DNA of 62,946 nucleotides, filler included, from Octopus bimaculoides (GCF_001194135.2; 5 parts of 3 records of this genome joined end to end with filler, not necessarily neighbours in it), one strand, 5' to 3'. Counted from the first letter of the whole stretch, positions 14,613 through 26,394 are shown. Numbers and translations: made by a program. Notes: generated from the sequence alone by a model not told the origin.

Positions 14613-15999
14613 AACAAATATACACACATAGAAACTATGAAAGCTGCAAAAACATTATTCCCATCATCAGAGACACCGCCATATATTTTAGAGTTGCTCC
14701 ATCATGAGTGTTTACGTAAAAAAACATACCTTTCTTTCCTTCTTCTGGTTGCGTTAAAATTACTTTGGTTTTGAAGATCTATGAAATATGCTTCTCTCTG
14801 GATTTAAGTCAGTTTACTTTCTCATAAGTAGCACGTATACTTCTTCATTTATTCTATTGTGAATCAGTAATTTATATTCTAATTATATTTTTAGGTTATT
14901 ATATATTATCATTCTAGCGATTACTTTATCAATTAATTCGATATCATCATATCCTCATAATATTGTAATCATCTCAAGAGATTTCAATTGTCTATATTGC
15001 TTAGAATAAACTAGGCGTGTTATCTAGTTCTAATTATTGGCAATATCTGCTATACATTTCTGTATTACCTGCTTACTTCTTATAGTCTGACCACACAAAC
15101 ATATTTGTTGTTGGGTACTATTAATTAACAATAATATTGTTTTATTCTTAATATTGTTTCTTACATGATCTTAGAAAATATTTTAATAATGTTACTTATT
15201 ATTTTCATCCGCAACTTTAAAGCACACATCAGCTATATATAGTATAAGATACATTAGGAAATTCACCTTTGCTTCAATAATCAGTCTGTTTTTATGGTTT
15301 TGTATAGAAATTTCTAGCATGTTTTATCAGAATATCTCTATGTCGTACCCATAAAAACAGAGACACAAAAATTTATTTAATATGTTAAATATTGATGACT
15401 GGTAATACAGATTGAATCGCATAATACCTTTCAATTTGTACTGTGTTCTCTGAAGACCAGTTTATAATTCATATTTTTAGATAAACAATGTGTGTACAAG
15501 TATCCAACACAGACGAACATAGTGTAAAATTTAATTAAACGCACTGATAACTGTATTTGAGTACTGAATCACATACTGGAATCACGAAACATTTTTTAAA
15601 ACATGAATTGAAATGAGAAATGGAATTTTGCTAATAATTTATGGATAACATCAGAGAAAATATTTTAATCCATGTTTTTGATTTCCATTAATGAAAACTA
15701 TAAACGTAAACCGATGCATTAAACACGACTTTAGGAATTTAATATTTAACCAATGCAATAATAAAGTAGCGATGCTTATTCTGCAATGAAGCATACGGCG
15801 TTATGAACTTCAAAGAATGTGTCAGCCACAAACACAAGGATGTAAACCTGTTGGTGAAACATGCTGAAGTGACTAAAAAAAATGTAATGACAATTAGTCA
15901 AATATATATCTTGTTCACATTTACTCTGACTTCTCACTTCCTATGAACAACGCAAACAGATCATGTATGTGTGTGCGTGTATCTCTGCATGTGTGTGGT

Positions 16000-16032
<33 letters not shown>

Positions 16033-16939
16033 NNNNNNNNNNNNNNNNNNNNNNNNNNNNNNNNNNNNNNNNNNNNTTAATTAATTAANNNNNNNNNNNN
16101 NNNNNNNNNNNNNNNNNNNNNNNNNNNNNNNNATATATATATATATATATATATACATTCACTGTATATCTGTGTATATGTGTGTGTACGCGTGTGCATG
16201 TGCATATATGCAAACACATTCCGTGCGCTTCCCTGGTTAATACTGAGCAAATAACCAAATGCTGTTAATCTCAAACTTATGCAGTGTCAATAGACGAAGG
16301 CAGCTTAAAGAAAGCAGCGCATTAGATCCGATATATAAATGTCTTCTTTCAACGAATGAACTAGAAAAATAGGTATTGGTTTGAGTGGGTAGGTTGCAGA
16401 GGCTATGATTTACATACTACCCAGCCTTTGAAACCAGTGACAATGTACGATATACTACGATTGGCTGATTGCCTGTAGTTAAAAACGTTGTCCATTCTAT
16501 GTGCAACATGTCGGATCACGTGCCACCGGAAATGACTTGGCGATCAATTTCCGTCACCGTTCGTGTTTCTAACAGTCGTCTACCGGTCTACAAGAATTGA
16601 TTAGTGTCGGAGTAATTGAGAATACAAGCAATGTCTTAAATTGAAAATTCAATATGCAATTATATGAATTCTGACTGTCTCAACACTTCTTTTGTATAGC
16701 ATTTAGCAGCATTTCTACTGGTCAGGAAACTAAGTTAATACTGAACAAAACTAGATTCGTTACATACCTCTACCCCCACACTCCCCCTTCACCACCACCG
16801 CCACCACCATCACGATCAGTATCCCCATTATTAGCATTGTTAAACCAGCTAATACAACTAATAAACTATTTTGATTTCTACGAACAAATACTGTTGCTCT
16901 TGCCGCTAGAACTAAAACTACCGCTGCTGCTACTGTAAC

Positions 16940-16955
16940 TAATACAAACTATTGC

Positions 16956-17000
<45 letters not shown>

Positions 17001-17320
17001 CATTATTATTATTATTATTGAGTGAGAGAGCAGTGCATGCCGTCAAAGTGACACTGGAGTAAAATATACGAAGCCCATTATACCCATCATGACTACCCGT
17101 CTGATAAGGATACATCAGGCACATGCATCACAACCATATGTGCGCTACATCGTGATCTCATATCAAGATAAACAGCGCATGACCTCGCAGGTGGGGCCCA
17201 GTTAGAATTTTCTTCAGGTCGAGTAGCCCATCCCGCTCAAAAGGTCCCCGAATAAGTTTTAAGGATGGTGGATGAAACATCCAATCTTTACAGGAGTGAA
17301 AAATCCAAGCTCCAAAGAAT
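16940..17320 (-). mobile_element. 3' end of a different retroelement with an (AAT)n tail, fused to the Dong fragment
   Basis: Ends ...ggcatgcactgctctctcactcAATAATAAT; the same terminus recurs at about 57034-57060. Confidence 0.6.
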
Positions 17321-18466
17321 TGTGTCTATATCATCTTTTTTGTGTTGCTATTCCATAATGTTGGCATCGCTTCCAGTGTGTGTTGGTCTCAGCTCTGTAG
17401 GTCCCAGCTCTGTCGTGTCTGTGAATATATTCCTTCTTAGCCAGGACTGGGCAGCCAGAGATAATATGATTTATTGTTTCTTGTCCATCTCCACATATTC
17501 TGCAGTTACTTGTTATGTTTCTTTCCATTATATGTTTTTGGTAATTTCTGGTGGAGAAGCTTTGGTCTTGTGCAGCAATTAAAAATCCTTCAGTCTCTGC
17601 TTTGAGTCCTGAGCTTCTCAACGATTGCTGGGATTTTCCTCTGTCTATTTCTTTTGCATTTAGTTTAGCCCAGTATTTGACATGAAGGGCTTTTCTTGCC
17701 ATCGTTTTTATCATGGTCCGTTGCTGTCCCAGTTTTAGTTTGGATTTCATTTGTTTTATAGCGTTTGTTGTTTCTTCTTCATATTTGTTAGGTAGTATGA
17801 CTTCTTGTTTCTATTTGTCAGCTTCCTTAAATACTGAAAACAGTTTTTTGTTTTGCTCGTGTTTTGTGGATATTTGTATTAGTTTTCCTTGCTTCTGAAG
17901 TAGATATTTTTGCAGTCCTATAGTGGTTATTTTATAATAGTTTTCCAGCTGTATAAGGCCTCTACCACCTTCTATACGTTGTATATATAGCCTTTCTATG
18001 TCAGATTTTGGGTGGTGCATCCTAGATCCTGTCATTATTTTTCTTGTTTTCCTGTCTATTTTAGCTAGTTCATTTAGTGTCCAATTAGGGATGTTGTAGC
18101 TGTAAATTATAATTGGGACGGCTAAAGTGTTAATACCTATTATCTTGTTTCTAGCATTGAGTTCTGTTTTCAGTATTGATCTAACTCGTCTATAGTATTC
18201 TTTCTTCATTTTCTCTTTCATTTGTGTGTGTGTGTTGTATTGTATCTAGTTCATTGATTTCTAAATATTTGTATGGCTGGCTTTCGTCTAGTTCTCTTAT
18301 TTCATTGGCTTTATCTAGTGTGATGTTGCTACTTTTAACTAATTTTCCTCTTTTCAGGATTGCTTTAGCACATTTTTCTAATCCAAATTTCATATCTATT
18401 TCTTTGGTAAATCCATGTACTGTCTGTAGTAGTGTTTCCAGCTGTTTATCATTTGTAGCGTATAGT
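17321..18466 (-). mobile_element. R4/Dong-clade non-LTR retrotransposon fragment (late RT, thumb, CCHC knuckle), decayed
   Basis: KFGLEKCAK, EYYRRVRSILKTELNARNK, HHPKSDIERLY...GGRGL, GLKAETEGFLIAAQDQ, CRICGDGQETINHIISGCPVLAKKEYIHRHD; frameshifted; the 5' side runs into a gap. Confidence 0.9.
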
Positions 18467-19050
18467 NNNNNNNNNNNNNNNNNNNNNNNNNNNNNNNNNN
18501 NNNNNNNNNNNNNNNNNNNNNNNNNNNNNNNNNNNNNNNNNNNNNNNNNNNNNNNNNNNNNNNNNNNNNNNNNNNNNNNNNNNNNNNNNNNNNNNNNNNN
18601 NNNNNNNNNNNNNNNNNNNNNNNNNNNNNNNNNNNNNNNNNNNNNNNNNNNNNNNNNNNNNNNNNNNNNNNNNNNNNNNNNNNNNNNNNNNNNNNNNNNN
18701 NNNNNNNNNNNNNNNNNNNNNNNNNNNNNNNNNNNNNNNNNNNNNNNNNNNNNNNNNNNNNNNNNNNNNNNNNNNNNNNNNNNNNNNNNNNNNNNNNNNN
18801 NNNNNNNNNNNNNNNNNNNNNNNNNNNNNNNNNNNNNNNNNNNNNNNNNNNNNNNNNNNNNNNNNNNNNNNNNNNNNNNNNNNNNNNNNNNNNNNNNNNN
18901 NNNNNNNNNNNNNNNNNNNNNNNNNNNNNNNNNNNNNNNNNNNNNNNNNNNNNNNNNNNNNNNNNNNNNNNNNNNNNNNNNNNNNNNNNNNNNNNNNNNN
19001 NNNNNNNNNNNNNNNNNNNNNNNNNNNNNNNNNNNNNNNNNNNNNNNNNN

Positions 19051-19290
19051 AGAACTAATGTGGGGTATAGAATATGGAATATACAATATATAATATGATA
19101 TACAATATACAATATAAAATAAAATAAAATAAAAATGGATGGCACCATGAAAGAAAGTATTGAATGTAGATGAAATATTGAGTGTTCAATATAAAGGATC
19201 AAATATATAAATATATAAATATAAATATATATATTTATAAAGGCGACTCGAGTTTCAGGGCTATTTCCCTTCGTCATGGCCGGTATGACA
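19051..19290 (-). mobile_element. Repeat family D copy 2
   Basis: Shares aatgtggg(g/a)tatagaatatggaata, aaaatggatgg(c/t)ac and gaaatattgagtgttcaatataaag with 15-258; ends in tcatggccggtat; the other end runs into an N gap. Confidence 0.75.
19242..19281 (-). ncRNA. Minimal type I hammerhead ribozyme candidate, CAUGANGA core variant
   Basis: Minus strand GGC CAUGACGA AGGG-AAAUAG-CCCU GAA ACUCGAGU C GCC: stems I-III all pair, GUC cleavage triplet, palindromic stem III. Confidence 0.75.
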
Positions 19291-19297
19291 GACTTTA

Positions 19298-19584
19298 GAC
19301 GGGCTTCTTTCAGTTTCCGTCTACCAAATCCACTCACAAGGCTTTGGTCGGCCCGAGGCTATAGTATACGTATCTATGAGTGTGTTTGTGCCTGTTTGTT
19401 CCCACCACCACCATCGCTTGACAACCGATGCTGGTGTGTTTACGTCCCCGTAACTTAGCGGTTCGGCAAAAAGACCGGTAGAATAAGTACTACGCTTACA
19501 AAGAATAAGTCCTGGGGGTCGATTTGTTCGACTAAAGGTGGTGCTCCAGCATGGCCGCTGTCAAATGACTGAAACAAGTAAAAG

Positions 19585-19637
<53 letters not shown>

Positions 19638-19760
19638 CGTGTGTGTGTGTGTCAGTGTTTGTTCCCCCGCCACCGCTTGACAACCGATGTATCCTCTAAG
19701 ATATACTGCGGTTCTCTAGCATCGCCGCAGTCAGATGGCCGAAACAAGTAAAAGAATAAA
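19298..19760. mobile_element. Rearranged SINE family B pieces: inverted 5' segment, sense 3' half, (GATA)n, then a partial repeat of the 3' half
   Basis: 19298-19368 antisense; 19375-19587 sense; 19640-19760 sense with an internal replacement. Confidence 0.75.
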
Positions 19761-19969
19761 TGAAAAATTACTGAAATACATTCTATCTTGAAAATTTCCA
19801 GAACCTTATTCTCGTATGAACCGTGGGTGGATACCGTAAATTTCAGATAAAACGGAAGAGTTAATGGAAATAACAGTTATCGTCTCGTTAGGGTCCGTCC
19901 GTTTCTGTTGATTATAACCGGTCTGCTGCATGCAAAATACAGAGTTTTCAAAAAGCGTCTCCGCAGTGA

Positions 19970-20390
19970 ATTTTTTTTGAAGACACCATCAACACCGAAA
20001 GATATTCCTCAAATATCGTCTGTTCATTTGTAGGCCAACTCACTGAAAGTGAAATTAATAATGCATACTTTCAGTAAGATGGAGCTACAGCACATACTTC
20101 GCGCATCACCATGGCACTACTTCAAGAGTTTTTCGGTGAAAGGATTATTTCGAAGGGCTTTGGCCGCCAAGATCACCTGATTTAACACCGCCAGACTTTT
20201 TTTTTCTGGGGAGCAAGTAAAGGATCAGTGTGCAAGAATCGCCCGAAAACCATTAATGAGCTAAAAGGCGCAATCATAACCTTCACACGGTCCATACGGC
20301 GTCAGACTCTCCAAGATGTCTTTCAAAACATGTGTAACAGAGTCAACTTACGTATTCAAAATGAAGGACGACACTTTCAATACCTCTTAC
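19970..20390 (+). mobile_element. Tc1/mariner-superfamily transposase relic (C-terminal DDD region)
   Basis: YFQ*DGATAHTSR...RIISKG/WPPRSPDLTPPDFFFWG...PKTINELKGAI...EGRHFQYLL; stop and frameshifts. Confidence 0.88.
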
Positions 20391-20394
20391 TCTC

Positions 20395-20812
20395 TCTTTT
20401 CCTTTCTTTTACTTGTTTCAGTCATTTGAATGTGGCCATGCTGGAGCACCACCTTTAGTCGAGCAAATCTACCCCAGGATTTATTCTTTGTAAGCCTAGT
20501 ACTTATTCTATCGATCTCTAGCGCCGAACCGCTAGGTGACGGGGACGTAAACACACCAGCATCGGTCGTCAAACGATGTTGAGAGGGGACAAACAAAGAC
20601 ACACAAACATATACACACATACACATATATGTATATACATATATATATACGACGGGCTTTTTTCAGTTTCCGTCTACCAAATCCACTCACAAGAGTTTGG
20701 TCGGCCCGAGGCCTTAGTAGAAGACACTTGCCCAAGGTGCCACGCAGTGGGACTGAATCCGGAACCATGTGGTTTGTAAGCAAGCTACTTACTACACAGC
20801 CACTCCTACGCC
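20395..20812 (-). mobile_element. SINE family B, full length
   Basis: Matches 9795-10240 and 61185-61596 along its length. Confidence 0.9.
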
Positions 20813-21117
20813 TAAAGTTTTTTTTTTAAGTCTTGTAAAGTCTAACATATTCTTTTGCAGTCTTATACCATCTTATTTATTTTGCAGTAAAATACTGCGG
20901 AAAGACCTTTTAAACACCTTGTAGAAACTAACTTGTCACAAATGAATAAAGAATTTTCTGTCAAACCTTAATTGATTAAGAATGTTTTGGCCAAAGTATT
21001 CAATGCAAGGTTCCATGCCTGATTTATCTAACTTTATATTATTCTTCTCGACATTATATATATTTTGTAAACAAACTACTTTCCGTACTCACTATTACAT
21101 CCTAAATAAATTATTGA

Positions 21118-21310
21118 TTTCAAATTTCTGGTACAAGGCCAGCAATTTCGGGGGAGGGGCAAATCGATTACATTGAACCCAGTACTCAACTGGTACTTAT
21201 TTTATTGACACTGAAATAGAAGAAAAAGCAAAGTCAACCTCGGCGGAATTTGCACTCAGACCGTAAAGATGGACGTAATGCCACTAAGAATTTTGCCAGC
21301 TCACCGCTTT
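21118..21310 (-). mobile_element. SINE family A
   Basis: ggtacaaggcc...ccagtactcaactggtacttattttattgac...ggcggaatttgcactcag...ccagctcaccgc. Confidence 0.8.
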
Positions 21311-22494
21311 ATTCTAAATTAATTATTAAAAATTTATATTTCAAGATTGTTTCCCCTGCAGATCTTAATCGGAATTAATCACTAAAATGATTAATTATTT
21401 TCACACTGGATCACGGGTGTAATATTAATTAATTAGTTAATTAATTAAAATGTCTTAGCTCATCACCACATTAAGTACGTTAGCACTGTCTTTACTTCGT
21501 GTACTGTGTTCGCTTGACAACAATTAAAATCTATCTATTAACAAAATACTTTACTTTCATATACAGCTTTTATAAAGTCATATCTTCCCTGGAGCTGTAA
21601 TAGCTTCATAGAAAATATATTAGAAGGTATGGATTGACTGTTCTATTGTTACTTTTGGTATTTTACTGAACTGTTAGCTCATTTTAAAACTTAGAAGTGG
21701 ATCATAACAGCTATGAACCTTTTCAGGGAGAAGAAAAGCGGGGCATATCATCAAACCGTTGATCAGAAGCGAATGATTGAAACAAAATGGACTCAATTTA
21801 AAACATCCGCGGTCGAGGTGATGTGAAGCCGAGTGGTGGCTTAAGTCTACCGCGAAAGAATGGGAACCGTCACGCCAACTGGCTTTCACATAGTTTCAGT
21901 CTACTCAGAAGGGTTTTGTTTCACCTGAGGCTATGGCAAAAAAAGATTGTCTTACCAAATTGCCCCACAAATGAACTTGAATCTGAAACTATGGAGAAGC
22001 GAAATTAACTTCTTGACTACATAGCCATTCCTGCCCCAACACAGAGTTTACAGGAAGTCTCTATACATTTTCATTGCTAGGTCAGGTGGAAGGACAACAA
22101 GAAAGATAAGTCTTTCTCAAACCAGAGACTTGAACCGAATAATTGCAAGAGAGAACTCGGCTAAAGACACCCACAAGCCGCGTGGTTGTAGTCATTATAA
22201 TGGTGGGGGTATTGGTAGTATTGATCAACTGATAAAGTCTACTACCTCAGCGGGCCACGGCAGGATTTGCACGTAGAATGCAAAGAGCCTTAACAAATAC
22301 CGCAAGTCATCCAGACCGTTGACCCAACCTTACACTGTCATGTAAATTATGGATTCTTCGACGAAGAAAAGTGGGATTGCCCAAAGCAATATATAAATAA
22401 TAAAAAAACATTTAAGCTAAAAGTTTAGCTGCTATAGTTGACCCAGTAAGCTTAACGTTGGTAAGTTAAACAATTCTATTGTATTTTATACTTG

Positions 22495-22870
22495 ATTACC
22501 TCCGCCTTAAGCGATGGCGGAGGTATTAATTTCAGTCGTGTTTGTTTGACTGAGGACAAGATATCTCAAGAACCGCTGGATGGATTCGGATGAAACTTTC
22601 AGGGATATTTGGCCTCGTGACTTGCACGAACTTATTAGATTTTGAGATCGATCCGGTACCGGACAAGGATTCTGGATTATTTTTCCGTTTCTTTTTGTTT
22701 TTTTTACTTAATTTTTGAGAGCGGTCGGGTTCAATTTTAGTATTCACGTCTCTGAGAGCAGTCGAATTTATTTCAGATATTCTCATTTTAAAGATCATCT
22801 CTGGCTTATCGTTGAGGGGACGTTGGTGTTGCCTTGGCGGAGATTTGCGCCCTCTGAGTGCTCTTGTTTT
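22495..22870 (+). mobile_element. Non-autonomous Helentron/DINE-1-like element
   Basis: 5' hairpin tACCTCCGCCttaagcgatGGCGGAGGTa, 3' subterminal repeat ccttGGCGGAGa followed by a short stem-loop gcgccctctgagtgc, ending in a T run; no ORF. Confidence 0.7.
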
Positions 22871-22900
22871 TATTATTATTATTATTATTGTAGAATAAGT

Positions 22901-25240
22901 TGATGAGCTGGTAGAATCGTTAGCACACCAGACAAAATGCTTAGTAGCATTTCGTCCGTCTTTACGTTCTGAGTTCAAATTCCACAGAAGTCAACTCTGC
23001 CTTTCATTCATCCGGGGTTGATGAAATAAGTAACAGTTGGACAATGAGGTCGGTGTAATCGACTAACCCGCTCCACCAAAATTCCACGCCTTGTGCCTAT
23101 AGAAGAAAGGGTTACCAGTATTCTTTTCTACTCTAGGCACAAATCCCGAAATTTTTGGAGAGAGAGCCAGTCGATTAGATTGACCGGATCTATTTTAAAA
23201 CGGGGGCCACATTTTTCATTAATGTTTTACGTAGTGTTTTTGGTACGGAAAGACTTTCAAACTTCGTATACTTATCTATTTTGTGTTATAGAACAGAAAA
23301 ATATTTTTGTATTCGAATTTATTTCATGTAAAAAATTGTCTTATTTCGATAATTTCAACCAATCACTGACAAGTATTCAGTTGTTTACATTTACTCTTTT
23401 GGCTGATTAAGCGGTGTAAAGCGTATTTAATCTCCATACCTTCGTTTTATTTGATTTTTTTCATTTTAAATTTGCTTTAACCCTAAACTTAGGGTTAGGG
23501 TTAATTGTTTCAGAATCGTTTATTTATGTAGTCGGCACTTAATGTATATCGGCTGAATGGACGTCCGTGATTGATTGAAATTACAGAAATACGACAACTT
23601 TAACATGGAATAACTTATGGATTTCTTTTTTTTTTAAAAGAAGACTAAGAGAAAAAGATGTTTTATATGACACATTCTACCAGTGTTCCAAGTTTCAAAG
23701 TGTTTCGTTAATGAAAAATGTGGCCCCCGTTTTAAAAAAGATCCGATCGACCCCAGTACGCAACTCGTAGTTAATTTATCGCCTCCGAAAGGATGAAAGG
23801 CAAAGTCGACCTCGGCGGTATTTGAACTCAGAACGTAAAGACAGACGGAATACCACGAAGCATTTCGCCCGGCGTGCTAACCACTCTGCCAGCTCGCAGC
23901 CTTAAGGTTTATCATTATTGTAGAACCATTAACGCGTCAGACAAAACTCTTACCTGCATTTCTTCCGTATTTTAAAGTCCAGAGTTCAAATACTGCCTTT
24001 CATCCTTTCAGGATCGATAAAACAAAGTATCAATCAATCAAGTACTGAGCTTTATGTAATCGACTGACCTCTCTAGATAAAATTGTTGATCTTGTGTCTA
24101 AATTAGAACAAACTAATTCAATTACAATAAAGGCGGTGGGCTGGCGGAATCATTTGCACGCCCGACTGGAAAGCCTGGCGGCATTTTGTCGGTCTTTACG
24201 TTCTAAGTTTAAATATTACCGGGATCGACTTTGCCTTTCATCTTTTAGGGTTAGGTCGATAAGATAAGTACCAGTTGAAGAACACTGTCACGAAATTGCT
24301 GGCCTTGTGCAAAAATTATAAACCAATATTATTATAATTGAGATGGCGGTGAGCTGGCAGCATCGGAAAATAAAAATGTTTTGCAGCGTTTGTTCCGGCT
24401 ATTTAAGTTTTGAGTTCAAATATCGCTGGTGTCAACTCTTCTTTTTATCATTCCGGGGAACGATAAAATAAAGTCCCAGTCAAGCGCTGGAATCAATGTA
24501 ACCGAATTGTCCCCTTCCCTCAAAATTGTTGCTCTTGCGCCGAAATTAGAGCGAATTATTAATTACTGTTGTCGCTAAATGTTTACATTCTGTGTCAGAA
24601 TATTTTCGTGACAGCTCTGTAACTTTGTCACAGGAGTTTGAAATTCAAGTTTTTTTTTTTTTTTTTTTTTCTTGAGAAAGAGTCTGTTCTTGTTGACATT
24701 TTGCTAAGCATTGGCAATTATCATAGCGTGCGTGTGTGTTTGTTATTGAGAGCTTTCCTCTATATGTGTAGAGTGAGTGTGTATGTAGGTGTGCGTGGCT
24801 CCGTGTTAAAGTTGGCAAATTCTATGCAATATAGAATACTGGTTTCAAATTTTAGCACAAGACCACGAACTGCAAAGGAGTGGGTAAGTCGATCACATCG
24901 ACTCCAATGTTCAACTGGCACTTATTTTATCAAATACCTGAAATGATGAAGGGCACAGTCGACCTCGGCGGAATTTGAGCTTAGAACGTGCCTAACGCGC
25001 TAACGATTTTGGCACCTCGCCGCCTCAATTAAATCGTTTCTACTATAGGCACGTTGGGTGGAGGAAGGTGCTTCTCGATTACATCGACCCCAGTATTTCA
25101 CTGGTACTTAATTTATCGACTGCGAAAGGATGAAAGGCAAAGTCAACCGCGGTGGAATTTGAACTCGGAACGTAGCAACAGGTGAAATACCGCCAAGCAT
25201 TTCGCCCAGCGCGCTAACCATTCTGCTAACTCGCTGCCTT
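22901..25240. mobile_element. Dense cluster of about 7 family A SINEs in both orientations
   Basis: Copies at about 22901-23112 (+), 23113-23185 plus 23745-23905 (-, split by a MITE), 23915-24115 (+), 24129-24330 (+), 24343-24555 (+), 24836-25030 (-), 25033-25240 (-). Confidence 0.85.
23186..23744. mobile_element. MITE with 37-bp terminal inverted repeats and an 8-bp TSD (Merlin-like), nested in a SINE
   Basis: Left GGATCTATTTTAAAACGGGGGCCACATTTTTCATTAA; right end is its reverse complement with 1 mismatch. Flanks gattgacc / gatcgacc; removing the insert restores the SINE A consensus. Confidence 0.88.
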
Positions 25241-26394
25241 GTTGTAGTATACTATTAACGTCTCTAAAACATACAGAGCGTTGTGTGCCTCATTTATTCG
25301 TGTATAAACCGCGCTATTTTATACTTGATCTTAACTGGGATGCGACTTATACGAGGAACCAATTTGATTTGAAATTTGAATATAAGGCGGGGGTGGAATT
25401 TTGTACCATAATTTAACACTAAATTAGGATTGACTTACACAGTGGCGCGACTGTACGGTAACTGTTTTAAACATGGGCAGTTAATTGACTTCCACGTGCT
25501 TTATTTTCTCGAACAATCCTTAGCTGGAGCCCATCGTTTTGTTTTCCTTTCTGTTTTTGATATTCCTTTCTGACATTCTTTACAGAAATTATTGAATAAA
25601 TCATTTCGCAAAACAATTGCTTTTGCGAAAATTTACATGTATTTGTAGCAGATATAACGACCACCAAGACGCTGTCTCTTCTTTCTTTTTGCATAATCCA
25701 GTTGTATCTGCTGTTGTTGCTTCGTACACTTATGATCAAAGCCGTTCTGATCGTGACCATCCCGCCTCTTTCTACATGCCTCATTACAATAATCATAGAT
25801 TCATTTACTTTTATCTTTCTCTTTTTTTTTTCTTTCAAGATAGCTGGCTCGTATAATTTAATTCTCTTTTGAAGCAGCATATTCTCTACATTCCAATATA
25901 TAGAATCTCGCTTTTAATCGATCAGAGAGGAACCGGAAGTATTTATATGCACTTACTGCTTTTTTTCTTCTTCTTCTTTCGTAAAAACAAGTGTGCTTCT
26001 GACTAGAGATGTAAACCATCTACTGACTTCTCTACTTCCACGCTCAGATTCACCGCCTTTAAGTCAAAACAAGGAATCAATAACAGAATATATATATGCC
26101 TGCATGCACTCATTAACTTTATAATACAACATATTTACATAATCAATATCTGCATATTTATAGCTATTCACACACATGTGTACTGAGAAATCAATGTGTG
26201 TGTGTGTGTTTTAATAAATACAGTGTAAAAGCATGTGATTACAAGCTTATACTGATTTCTCTGTTACTGTTTTGCTTTAGTTTACGATAGTTTGATATTA
26301 CATCGATGTCAGCTAAGTATAGTTTTAGAAAGCAGAATGAAAGGAGATTCCAGCACAGCCCCATCTTAAGTACACACACACTCTTCGGAGCATA

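Noticed and set aside
16077-16088. TTAATTAATTAA islands inside N runs (also 26755-26766, 48272-48283, 58228-58239)
   Set aside because: Identical 12-mer with stops in all six frames, always flanked by Ns: a scaffolding spacer artefact, not biology.
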